Shown: piece by piece, positions 30,162 to 38,217 of the stretch
Layout: the number at the start of each line of letters is the position of its first letter
Position numbering within the stretch: position 1 is the stretch's first letter
Assembly: GCA_029267975.1 (NCBI GenBank)
Contig: JAJUHH010000001.1
Span: 1-43,315, forward strand
DNA: 43,315 nt
From: Clostridiales bacterium
GTDB lineage: Bacteria; Bacillota; Clostridia; Lachnospirales; Lachnospiraceae
Direction: 5' to 3'
Notes under the pieces: generated by a model
What the model saw: only the letters and a program-made list of their open reading frames with translations
Told to the model about the DNA's origin: nothing
Database searches by the model: none
Made by a program: the position numbers and the translations under genes

Positions 30162-31215
30162 GATCCAAGTAGTAAAGAAGGCGGAAGTCTCTCTCAGCAA
30201 AAACCTGCTCCTGTCCTTGTTGGCGATTGTATCTGCCCTGCTGGCCGGAGGCATCTTTATTCTTGCCATTGGTCATAATCCTCTGAACATTTATGGCTCC
30301 ATTGTGCAGGGAGCCTGGAGAAGTCCTATTGCGATTAAGGGAACCATTAAGATAGCCATCCCCTTATTGATTGCTTCCCTTGGTATCACCCCAGCCTTTC
30401 AGATGAAATTCTGGAATATCGGAGCGGAAGGCCAGATTATCATGGGAGGGATCTTTGCAACTTACTTTGCCTTGTTCTTTGATCACCTGCCTCATGGACT
30501 CCTACTCCTGTTAATGTTTATTGCAGGTATGCTGGGGGGCGGCCTGTGGGGGTTGATCCCTGCCTACTTCAAGACCAAGTTTGGCACCAATGAGACCTTG
30601 TTTACCCTGATGCTAAATTATATTGCCTTATATTTGATTAAATATTTTACCGAAGGACCCTGGAGGGATCCGGCCTCTTCCGGCTTTCCCAAGATCGCCT
30701 CTTTCGCAAAAAATGCCAGATTGGATCAGGTCTTAGGCCTTCATGCTGGCTGGGTCATCGGTCTGCTGCTGGTTGTACTGGTATTTATATATCTGAACTT
30801 TACCAAGCGTGGTTATGAGATTAAGGTGGTAGGAGAGAGTACCAATACTGCCCGTTATGCAGGAATGAATGTGAAGAAGATCGTAATGCGTACCATGTTC
30901 CTAAGCGGTGCCATCTGCGGTATTGCAGGGATGACCCAGGTCAGCGGCGCAGCCTTCACCCTGGGAGAGGGTGTTGCCGGGGGCGTTGGCTTTACTGCAA
31001 TTATTGTAGCCTGGCTGGCCAAACTTAATCCGGTGATTATCCTGATCGTAACCGTCCTGTTCAGTATGCTGGAGAAGGGCTGTAGTGTGATGCAAAGCAG
31101 CTTTGGCTTATCCACTGCGGTGTCAAGCATTCTGCAGGGTATTATCCTTTTCTTTATTCTGGCCTTTGATTTCTTTACCCGTTACCGCTTTGTATTAAGA
31201 AAGAGTACGAATTAG
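30151..31215 (+). CDS. Nucleoside ABC permease
   Basis: WNIGAEGQ, NETLFTLMLNY, GFTAIIVAWL; GGAGG before ATG 30151. Confidence 0.9.
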   Translation: MKYKIQVVKKAEVSLSKNLLLSLLAIVSALLAGGIFILAIGHNPLNIYGSIVQGAWRSPIAIKGTIKIAIPLLIASLGITPAFQMKFWNIGAEGQIIMGGIFATYFALFFDHLPHGLLLLLMFIAGMLGGGLWGLIPAYFKTKFGTNETLFTLMLNYIALYLIKYFTEGPWRDPASSGFPKIASFAKNARLDQVLGLHAGWVIGLLLVVLVFIYLNFTKRGYEIKVVGESTNTARYAGMNVKKIVMRTMFLSGAICGIAGMTQVSGAAFTLGEGVAGGVGFTAIIVAWLAKLNPVIILIVTVLFSMLEKGCSVMQSSFGLSTAVSSILQGIILFFILAFDFFTRYRFVLRKSTN

Positions 31216-31228
31216 GAGGAGGAGAAGT

Positions 31229-32179
31229 ATGATTATCAATTTTTTATTTGCAGCAATTAAAGCCGGTACTCCTTTACTCTTTGGTACCAGCGGTGAGATT
31301 ATGAGTGAGAAATCAGGAAATATAAATCTGGGTGTGGAAGGCATGATGTTCATGGGGGCTTTCATGGGCTTTTACGCTGCTTATCATACGGGAAGCCTTG
31401 CCTTGGCGCTGCTGGCGGCGTTTGCCATCGGTGTATTTGCAGCTTTGATCTATGCTGTCCTCACCGTAAGCTTTATGGCCAACCAGAACGTAACCGGTCT
31501 GACCCTGACGATCTTTGGTACAGGTGTCGCCAAGTTCTTCGGTGAGATGATGATCAGTAAGAGCGGTGGTTCACCAAAGCTGTCAGAACGCTTTCTGGCC
31601 TCCATCTCCGAGAAGCCTATTCCGGTCCTTGGAGATATTCCGCTCCTTGGGAAGCTATTATTTTCCCATAATCCCCTGGTTTACCTGTCGGTTATTATTG
31701 CAATTATCTGCACCATATATATGCTGAAGACCCGCCATGGTCTGAATATGCGGGCAGTTGGGGAGAATCCCGGAGCAGCAGATGCGGCAGGCGTGAATGT
31801 AACCCTGGTGAAGTACGTTCATATTCTGCTGGGCGGAGGGATTTGTGCCCTTGGCGGTGCTTACCTTTCCCTCATTAACGGCGGAGGGATCTGGAATAAC
31901 AGCAGCGTGGTAAATGGACAGGGCTGGATTTCTGTTGCACTCGTAATCTTCGCAAGCTGGAATCCGGCAAAGGCAATTTTTGGTTCCCTGGTATTCGGTG
32001 CCTTCAGTGTCCTGCAATTCTATGTGCCCAAGAACATTATTGTTATTCCCAATGCCTTCTATGTTATGCTGCCTTTTATCATTACAACGCTTGTGTTGAT
32101 CATAAGCTCCATGAGAAAATCCAGAGAAGGCTCCCAGCCAGCGGGCTGCGGGGTAAATTACTTCAGAGAAGAAAGATAA
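31229..32179 (+). CDS. Nucleoside ABC permease
   Basis: EKSGNINLGVEG, RAVGENP.AAD, GQGWISVALV. Confidence 0.9.
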   Translation: MIINFLFAAIKAGTPLLFGTSGEIMSEKSGNINLGVEGMMFMGAFMGFYAAYHTGSLALALLAAFAIGVFAALIYAVLTVSFMANQNVTGLTLTIFGTGVAKFFGEMMISKSGGSPKLSERFLASISEKPIPVLGDIPLLGKLLFSHNPLVYLSVIIAIICTIYMLKTRHGLNMRAVGENPGAADAAGVNVTLVKYVHILLGGGICALGGAYLSLINGGGIWNNSSVVNGQGWISVALVIFASWNPAKAIFGSLVFGAFSVLQFYVPKNIIVIPNAFYVMLPFIITTLVLIISSMRKSREGSQPAGCGVNYFREER

Positions 32180-32230
32180 GTTGGATGTATTATCGATAAA
32201 GAGCAAGCTGGCAGATCAAGCATAATGAGT

Positions 32231-32268
32231 AATAGGCTGACTTAGCAATCACGCTAATTCAGCCTATT
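32231..32268. terminator. Hairpin between convergent genes
   Basis: AATAGGCTGACTTAGC...GCTAATTCAGCCTATT. Confidence 0.7.
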
Positions 32269-32304
32269 CGTGTTTATTCCCACAAAAAATTGATAATAAC
32301 TGTT

Positions 32305-33789
32305 TTATTCTTTGCCCTGGAATACTTCACCTGTATCCCTGCAAAGGTATTGAACAGCGCTCCTGCCGGTCTCAGCGGCAATAGGCAGTCCTCCCGGCGG
32401 TGAGATACGATGTCCTGCAAAGTAGACATTCTTGATACTTTCAGGGATTGTGGGGTAGCTCTTATTTGGAACTCCCTTTTTCATCAGGGTCATCCAGGAG
32501 CCCTTGTAAGAGCCCAGATATCGTTCATAGGTTAAGGGGGTTGCAACATCCCAGACTGCGATCTTGCCCTCAGTCTGAGGGTATTTCTTTGCTAATATCT
32601 TAAGAAAGGCTTCTGCCAGCTTCTGTTTTTCTGCTTCATAGCTTCCATTTTCCTTACTGGTCTTCCAATAATCATAGCTATCTCCACCCAAGATACAGGT
32701 GAGAGCTGTGCATCCTTCCGGTGCATAACCGGGGTAAGCGGCATAATTATTGATACCGATCAGCGTATGAGAAGTTCCGCCACACATCAAAGGTTCTTCC
32801 GGTACGAAAGCCAGAGTCTCAGGAAGAGCGGACAAATCGGCTTCTACACCAACACTGATAAAGGTGTTCAGAATAGGTATGGTTTCCTTACGCATTTTCT
32901 CTGCCCAAGCTTCCCGGATTGGAGGATCAAAGAGGGTATCGATGGCGACCAGGGTATCCTGGGTTACAATAACGGCATCTGACGGAATAAATTCGCCCCT
33001 GACCATCACACCTTGTGCAATACCGTCCTTTACAAGAACCTGCTCCACCGGCGTACCATAGAGGATCTTACCGCCCCGGGCCTGCACATTCTTGGCGACA
33101 CGGTCTGCCATAGCCAAAGAACCTCCTTCCGGATAGCCTCCGTCACCGGAGGTCAGGGTAGCCATTGTGAAGATGGCTGCCAGGGCACTGTAGTCCGGGC
33201 TGGTGATATTCTGTACCAGCAGGCGAAGCAGGGGATTCTGAAATCTTTCGGAATATTCTCTGGCACTTAACTTTCCGTAAAAGGCAAGCCTGGGGATCAG
33301 GGGAAGCATAGCAAAAGCAGAGCCGAAAGATTTTGAAGCCTTGTGTTTTGCTTTCACTCCCTTGAGCTCCGTCAGGGGCATGGATAGCTTGGTAAAGTTC
33401 CTGATATCCTTACACAGGCGGCTGATTTCCTTCCTGTCCTCCGGTGCAAGGGTAAGCAGATGTTTGTGCAGCCGGTCCAGATCCCGGTAGAGACATACGG
33501 TCTGCCCTTTGAATTCAAGGGTTAAGAAGGGGTCACGGTAATAAATGGGAACTGAGTCATTCAATGCGCCAATCTCGCGCCATAGCTTATGTAATACTGT
33601 CTTGGGAGAAGAGCCTGTAAGCCAGTGCATTCCACCCTCAAATAAATAACCTTTTCTTCTCCAGCTTGTGGAAGCACCGCCCGGGATCCGATGGCTCTCA
33701 TAGACAGTAACATCAAAGCCGCTCTGCAGTGCATAGGATGCAGCGGACAGGCCTGCTATTCCGGCACCGATAATAATAACTTTCTTCAT
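32305..33789 (-). CDS. Phytoene desaturase-like (COG1233) FAD-dependent oxidoreductase
   Basis: IIGAGIAGL, PGGASTSWRRKGYLFEGG, ATPLTYERY, YFAGH...PPGGLP; GGAGG before ATG 33789. Confidence 0.85.
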   Translation of the reverse strand: MKKVIIIGAGIAGLSAASYALQSGFDVTVYESHRIPGGASTSWRRKGYLFEGGMHWLTGSSPKTVLHKLWREIGALNDSVPIYYRDPFLTLEFKGQTVCLYRDLDRLHKHLLTLAPEDRKEISRLCKDIRNFTKLSMPLTELKGVKAKHKASKSFGSAFAMLPLIPRLAFYGKLSAREYSERFQNPLLRLLVQNITSPDYSALAAIFTMATLTSGDGGYPEGGSLAMADRVAKNVQARGGKILYGTPVEQVLVKDGIAQGVMVRGEFIPSDAVIVTQDTLVAIDTLFDPPIREAWAEKMRKETIPILNTFISVGVEADLSALPETLAFVPEEPLMCGGTSHTLIGINNYAAYPGYAPEGCTALTCILGGDSYDYWKTSKENGSYEAEKQKLAEAFLKILAKKYPQTEGKIAVWDVATPLTYERYLGSYKGSWMTLMKKGVPNKSYPTIPESIKNVYFAGHRISPPGGLPIAAETGRSAVQYLCRDTGEVFQGKE

Positions 33790-33806
33790 ACTTTCCTCCA
33801 TTCTTG

Positions 33807-33861
33807 AGGTAGCTAAAACCAAGTTATGTCCCTTTGTGACACAACGTGGTTTTAGCTACCT
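33807..33861 (-). promoter_or_regulatory. Intra-operon stem-loop between tetR and the oxidoreductase
   Basis: AGGTAGCTAAAACCA / TGGTTTTAGCTACCT perfect 15-bp arms. Confidence 0.65.
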
Positions 33862-33863
33862 GA

Positions 33864-34436
33864 TTATTTACGCAAAATATCAACAATCCATTCACTGTCC
33901 GGACATGGTAACTCCGGTATGAGGGCCAACTGCAGTGCTATACCCTGGATAGAGCCCCAGAAAGCAATGGCAAGGGCATTGGGGTCCCCTTCCCTTATGG
34001 TACCCTTTTCCTGCCCTTTTTTAATTAACTCGGCAGTGGGCTGATAAATATCAAAATCCTTCAGCTTCCTCTTAATCTCTTCAGACACCGATTCCGTAAA
34101 GTAGACCTGCCACATAAAGACAAACATCTTAGCTGTGAAGGTTTCTTCCTTTAAGTTGTACAAGATATACTTGGCGACGTTTTGAAAGAATTCCAGCGGT
34201 TCTGTATGCTCCAGCTTCATCATATCCCTGGGACCGTCAATACCGATAGAGATCAATTCTTCGTAAAGCTTTTCCTTGGATTCAAAATAATGAAATAAAA
34301 GGCCGACACTCATCCCCACCTGTTCAGCAATATCCTTGATCTTAGTGGCGGAATAACCCTTACGGATAAATAAATCAAGGCCGGCTGCCAGAATATCCAT
34401 CCTTCGTTGTTCCTTTTGTTGTTCTCTTGTAGACAT
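33864..34436 (-). CDS. TetR/AcrR family regulator
   Basis: LFIRKGYSATKIKDIAEQVGMSVGLLFHYFESKE HTH. Confidence 0.93.
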   Translation of the reverse strand: MSTREQQKEQRRMDILAAGLDLFIRKGYSATKIKDIAEQVGMSVGLLFHYFESKEKLYEELISIGIDGPRDMMKLEHTEPLEFFQNVAKYILYNLKEETFTAKMFVFMWQVYFTESVSEEIKRKLKDFDIYQPTAELIKKGQEKGTIREGDPNALAIAFWGSIQGIALQLALIPELPCPDSEWIVDILRK

Positions 34437-34438
34437 TG

Positions 34439-34500
34439 ATTGAACCTCAATTCATTGAATTTATATTCAATATAATATCGCATCACTTCATAAATGTCAA
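34439..34500 (-). promoter_or_regulatory. tetR promoter with tandem palindromic operators
   Basis: Minus strand TTGACA-17bp-TATTAT (34500-34472); ATTGAAT-ttat-ATTCAAT at 34454-34471 and imperfect ATTGAA-cctcaa-TTCATT at 34439-34456. Confidence 0.75.
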
Positions 34501-34524
34501 TAGTCGGGAAAAATAACTATTAAT

Positions 34525-34553
34525 TTGCTCTTATTCTGTCAATCATGTATAAT
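34525..34553 (+). promoter_or_regulatory. sigmaA promoter of the MFS gene
   Basis: TTGCTC-17bp-TATAAT. Confidence 0.6.
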
Positions 34554-34572
34554 AAGACAGCGACTGTCTATC

Positions 34573-34662
34573 ATGGAGCCTTTATGGTATGTGAAACAAC
34601 TATGTTATATAAAACCTTTAAGGTATATTGAACTATTAAGGTACATGGGACCTTTTACGTGT
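34573..34662 (+). repeat. Five degenerate 18-bp tandem repeats
   Basis: ATGGAGCCTTTATGGTAT / GTGAAACAACTATGTTAT / ATAAAACCTTTAAGGTAT / ATTGAACTATTAAGGTAC / ATGGGACCTTTTACGTGT. Confidence 0.75.
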
Positions 34663-34696
34663 TGTCGCTGGTATAAATTATCGAAAGGGGTTTTCT

Positions 34697-35917
34697 ATGC
34701 AGCAAAACAACTGGAAGAAACAGATTATCCTGTTTATGGCGGGGCAAACCATATCCCTCTTTGGTTCGTCCTTAGTTCAATATGCGATTATGTGGTATAT
34801 CACGCTCGATACACAATCGGGTATTATGATGACCATATCCATTATCTGCAGTTCCCTGCCCACATTTTTTATCTCACCCTTTGCCGGGGTATGGGCGGAC
34901 CGCTTTAACCGTAAGCTTATTATCATAGCGTCAGATTCCTTTATTGCAGTATCTACCTTGATATTAGCGATTCTCTTTTTACTAGGTTTTGATTCCCTGT
35001 GGCTCCTATTTGTTGTATCGGCCATCCGCTCCCTGGGAAGCGGAGTCCAAACACCGGCCATCAGTGCCATTCTGCCGCAGATTGTACCTGAGGAGAAGCT
35101 GACCAAGGTAAATGCTACCAATGGAACCATACAATCCTTCATTATGCTGGTATCACCTATGGCCAGCGGGGCCCTGTTAGGAGCTGCACCCATTCAGGTA
35201 ATATTCTTTATTGATGTAATTACAGCGGCAATTGCTGTGCTGATCATGATCTTCCTGGTTCATGTGCCCCTGCATGCCAAGGCACTGCAACAGCATGTGA
35301 CCGGATATTTCAGCGATTTAAAGCTGGGTCTTATTTATATCAGCAGGCACAGCTTTATTAAGGCCTTCTTCGTGTTCTCCTCTGTTTATTTTTTCCTTGC
35401 CGCCCCTGTAGCCTTTCTGACCCCGCTTCAGGTGATCCGTACCTTTGGCGATGATGTATGGCGTCTGACAGCCATAGAGATTGTATTCTCGGTGGGGATG
35501 ATGGCAGGCGGAATTATTCTCGCTTCCTGGCAAGGCTTTAAGAACAGGGTTCATACCATGGTCTTATCCAGTGTCTTAATTGGTTTCTTTACCTTTGCCC
35601 TGGGCATAACTCCGATATTCTGGATCTATTTGTTGTTTATGGGGATTGTGGGTCTGGCAATGCCTTTCTTTAATACACCCTTTACGGTTCTGTTGCAGGA
35701 GAAGGTGGAAGCGGATTATCTGGGAAGAGTATTCGGGGTTCTTACCATGATCTCCAGTCTGATTATGCCGGTGGGCATGCTGGTATTCGGCCCAATGGCA
35801 GATCGGATCCCGATTGAATATATGCTGGTGGTTACCGGTATCCTTATGTTATTGGTGGGGCTAATGATGCTTCGCAACAGGGTTATTATGGAAGGCGGAA
35901 GGCCATCAGAAAAATAA
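34697..35917 (+). CDS. MFS efflux transporter, Mef(A)-like (DHA3) family
   Basis: WKK...GQTISLFGSSLVQYAIMWY N-terminus, AGVWADRFNRK motif A, about 12 TM helices. Confidence 0.88.
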   Translation: MQQNNWKKQIILFMAGQTISLFGSSLVQYAIMWYITLDTQSGIMMTISIICSSLPTFFISPFAGVWADRFNRKLIIIASDSFIAVSTLILAILFLLGFDSLWLLFVVSAIRSLGSGVQTPAISAILPQIVPEEKLTKVNATNGTIQSFIMLVSPMASGALLGAAPIQVIFFIDVITAAIAVLIMIFLVHVPLHAKALQQHVTGYFSDLKLGLIYISRHSFIKAFFVFSSVYFFLAAPVAFLTPLQVIRTFGDDVWRLTAIEIVFSVGMMAGGIILASWQGFKNRVHTMVLSSVLIGFFTFALGITPIFWIYLLFMGIVGLAMPFFNTPFTVLLQEKVEADYLGRVFGVLTMISSLIMPVGMLVFGPMADRIPIEYMLVVTGILMLLVGLMMLRNRVIMEGGRPSEK

Positions 35918-35926
35918 TGATAAAAA

Positions 35927-35941
35927 TGTGACTAAATCACA
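35927..35941. promoter_or_regulatory. Candidate Crp/Fnr-family binding site upstream of trxA
   Basis: TGTGA-ctaaa-TCACA. Confidence 0.5.
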
Positions 35942-36004
35942 GATTTGTATGCTAAGGTATGATATGTTATTCCTGTGATAATAAAAATAACAGGAGGTTA
36001 ACAT

Positions 36005-36316
36005 ATGGCTACTTTAAAAATAACAAAGAATAATTTTAATGAGGAAGTATTAAATTCAAAGGAACCGATCCTGCTTGATTTCTGGGCGTCCTGGTGTGGA
36101 CCCTGCCGTATGGTAGCACCTACCATTGATGAGATAGCTGAAGAAGTTACAGGTGTGAAGGTTGGTAAGATCAATGTGGACGAAGAAGCTGAGCTGGCAG
36201 AGCAGTTCCGGATTATGACCATCCCTACCCTGATGGTAATTAAAAATGGCAAGGTATCCGCACAATCTGTGGGTGTGAAGCCAAAGAAGGAAATCTTAAG
36301 CATGCTGGAGGCTTAA
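36005..36316 (+). CDS. trxA: Thioredoxin
   Basis: DFWASWCGPC, TIPT; AGGAGG RBS. Confidence 0.96.
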   Translation: MATLKITKNNFNEEVLNSKEPILLDFWASWCGPCRMVAPTIDEIAEEVTGVKVGKINVDEEAELAEQFRIMTIPTLMVIKNGKVSAQSVGVKPKKEILSMLEA

Positions 36317-36369
36317 TGCCGGCCTTACAGCAGCGAATAATCCATAAGCTATAAAATATATTATTTTCT

Positions 36370-36401
36370 AAAAGGTTGCCGTACGAAAGGCAACCTTTTT
36401 T
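36370..36401 (+). terminator. Intrinsic terminator after trxA
   Basis: AAAAGGTTGCC-gtacgaaa-GGCAACCTTTTTT. Confidence 0.85.
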
Positions 36402-36624
36402 GTGTGGGGAATCCTGCTGCCTTTGCCGCCATCGGTACATTTCGATGAAAAATTGATGAAGATGTGATTATTTGACATCTAATTCATAGATATGATATAT
36501 AATAGTAACATAATGAATCCGGGTTAGCTTATCTGAAGGATCAGCAGGATGAAACAAGGTTGAATTGATGAATCGAATCCTTGGTTTCAAAAACCATGGG
36601 AAGATTGAAAGGGGAAGATACACT

Positions 36625-37308
36625 TTGACCATATCACAGGAGCAGGAAACTTATTTACAGGATACACTTAGTTTTTGGAAGGAACTGTCACCGACCCAGA
36701 AGGATACCATCCGTCGGGCTATGATATTGAAACGCTTTGAGGAAGGGGATTCCATGTACGGAGGCTCGGAGAATTGTGCCGGCTTATTTTTGATTCGCAA
36801 AGGGCAGGTGAGGGCTTTTATCGTCTCGGAAGGGGGCAGGGAGATTACCCTATACCGCTTATTTGACCGGGATGTCTGTGTCTTTTCTGCCTCCTGCATG
36901 ATGCGCAATATCACCTTTGAGATACATGTTGAGGTGGAGAAGCCTACAGAAGCCTTTCTTATTCCCACATCAACCTTCTGCAGGCTGACACAGGAATCAA
37001 TTCATATTCAGTCCTTTACAAATCAATTGATGGCATCCCGTTTTTCTGATGTTATGGAGACCCTGGAGCAGGTATTGTTTATCAGCCTGGACCATCGTCT
37101 GGCCAATTACCTGCTTGATCAGGCAATAATTGAGGACAGTGATAAGCTTAAGATCACTCACGAGAAGATTGCCAATGACCTGGGTACGGCCAGGGAAGTA
37201 GTATCCCGCATGTTAAAATATTTTCAGAAGGAAGAAATGGTACTATTAAATCGAGGAACCATAAAACTATTAAATAAGGATAAGCTTCATAAATTAGCCC
37301 AAGGTTGA
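36625..37308 (+). CDS. Crp/Fnr family transcriptional regulator
   Basis: cNMP-binding fold (GQVRAF..SEGGREITL), HTH THEKIANDLGTAREVVSRML; AAAGGGG before TTG 36625 (start uncertain). Confidence 0.9.
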   Translation: MTISQEQETYLQDTLSFWKELSPTQKDTIRRAMILKRFEEGDSMYGGSENCAGLFLIRKGQVRAFIVSEGGREITLYRLFDRDVCVFSASCMMRNITFEIHVEVEKPTEAFLIPTSTFCRLTQESIHIQSFTNQLMASRFSDVMETLEQVLFISLDHRLANYLLDQAIIEDSDKLKITHEKIANDLGTAREVVSRMLKYFQKEEMVLLNRGTIKLLNKDKLHKLAQG

Positions 37309-37368
37309 TCATGCTATAGAAATGCGTTGATTTTTTTAACAGGGATAAAATGCAAAGGAGAGAAGAAG

Positions 37369-38049
37369 ATGGACAAGCCCATTCGAGTAACGCTGGAGGA
37401 GCTGGCAGAGGAGGGCTATCGTGAGTTTAATAAGTCCCTGACCCCAGGCAAGGAGAATATCCTTGGCGTCAGATTGCCTGCTTTAAGAAAACTGGCCAAG
37501 CAACTTGTAAAAGAGGACTGGCGCGGGTATCTGAAGGAGGCAAAGGATGATTCCATGGAGGAGGTAATGCTCCAGGGCATGGTGATCGGCTATTGTAATG
37601 CAGAGATTGAAGAGATCCTTTCCCTTGCCAGAGCGTTCATCCCTAAGATCGACTGTTGGCCTGTCTGTGATTCCTTCTGCGGTGGTCTTAAGATAACAAA
37701 GAAGCATATGGAGCGCATGTGGGAATTTATCCAACCCTATCTGGCCTCCGACAAAGAATATGAGCTTCGCTTCGGTGTGGTAATGCTTTTATATTATCTG
37801 CAGCCGGAATATGCTTCTCTTGCCTTTGCGCACTTTGATCAAATCAAGCATGAGGGTTATTATGTCAAGATGGCAGTAGCCTGGGTACTGTCAATGTACT
37901 ATGTGCAGCTGCCCGAGCTGACCATGGAGTATCTAAAGTATAATGCGCTGGATAAGTTCACTTATAATAAAACCTTACAAAAGATAGTGGAATCTTTGAA
38001 AGTGGACCCGGAGACAAAGCTTAGGATAAAAGCCATGAAACGAAAATGA
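37369..38049 (+). CDS. DNA alkylation repair protein (AlkD-like HEAT repeat)
   Basis: ILGVRLPALRKLAK, IDCWPVCD, YYVKMAVAW motifs. Confidence 0.85.
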   Translation: MDKPIRVTLEELAEEGYREFNKSLTPGKENILGVRLPALRKLAKQLVKEDWRGYLKEAKDDSMEEVMLQGMVIGYCNAEIEEILSLARAFIPKIDCWPVCDSFCGGLKITKKHMERMWEFIQPYLASDKEYELRFGVVMLLYYLQPEYASLAFAHFDQIKHEGYYVKMAVAWVLSMYYVQLPELTMEYLKYNALDKFTYNKTLQKIVESLKVDPETKLRIKAMKRK

Positions 38050-38094
38050 GTTCTGTGAATAATCACGAAATCACAGCTTAGGCCTTGGCACGTG

Positions 38095-38123
38095 TTGACA
38101 CGAATATATAAGAGGCGTAAAAT
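38095..38123 (+). promoter_or_regulatory. sigmaA promoter
   Basis: TTGACA-17bp-TAAAAT. Confidence 0.7.
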
Positions 38124-38217
38124 AATACCATTAAAGCTAAAAAATCAGATTTTTTGACATAATTTTTAGATTTTTGTCTCAGATATCTCTTAAAATCAGA
38201 TGGTTGAGGAGGTTTTT

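Noticed and set aside
32305-33789. Carotenoid biosynthesis (crtI)
   Set aside because: No phytoene/dehydrosqualene synthase or prenyltransferase nearby
34573-34662. Repeat array as a CRISPR
   Set aside because: Units are contiguous and degenerate with no unique spacers, and no cas genes are present
34525-34908. 127-aa ORF as a conventional gene
   Set aside because: Its TTG start is the -35 box and it overlaps the MFS gene by over 200 bp; retained only as a possible leader ORF
34697-35917. Calling the MFS gene mef(A)
   Set aside because: Family resemblance only; no msr(D) partner or mobile context
38053-38076. CTGTGA...TCACAG as another Crp-type box
   Set aside because: Spacing does not match the N5 sites; more likely a weak hairpin after the AlkD-like gene
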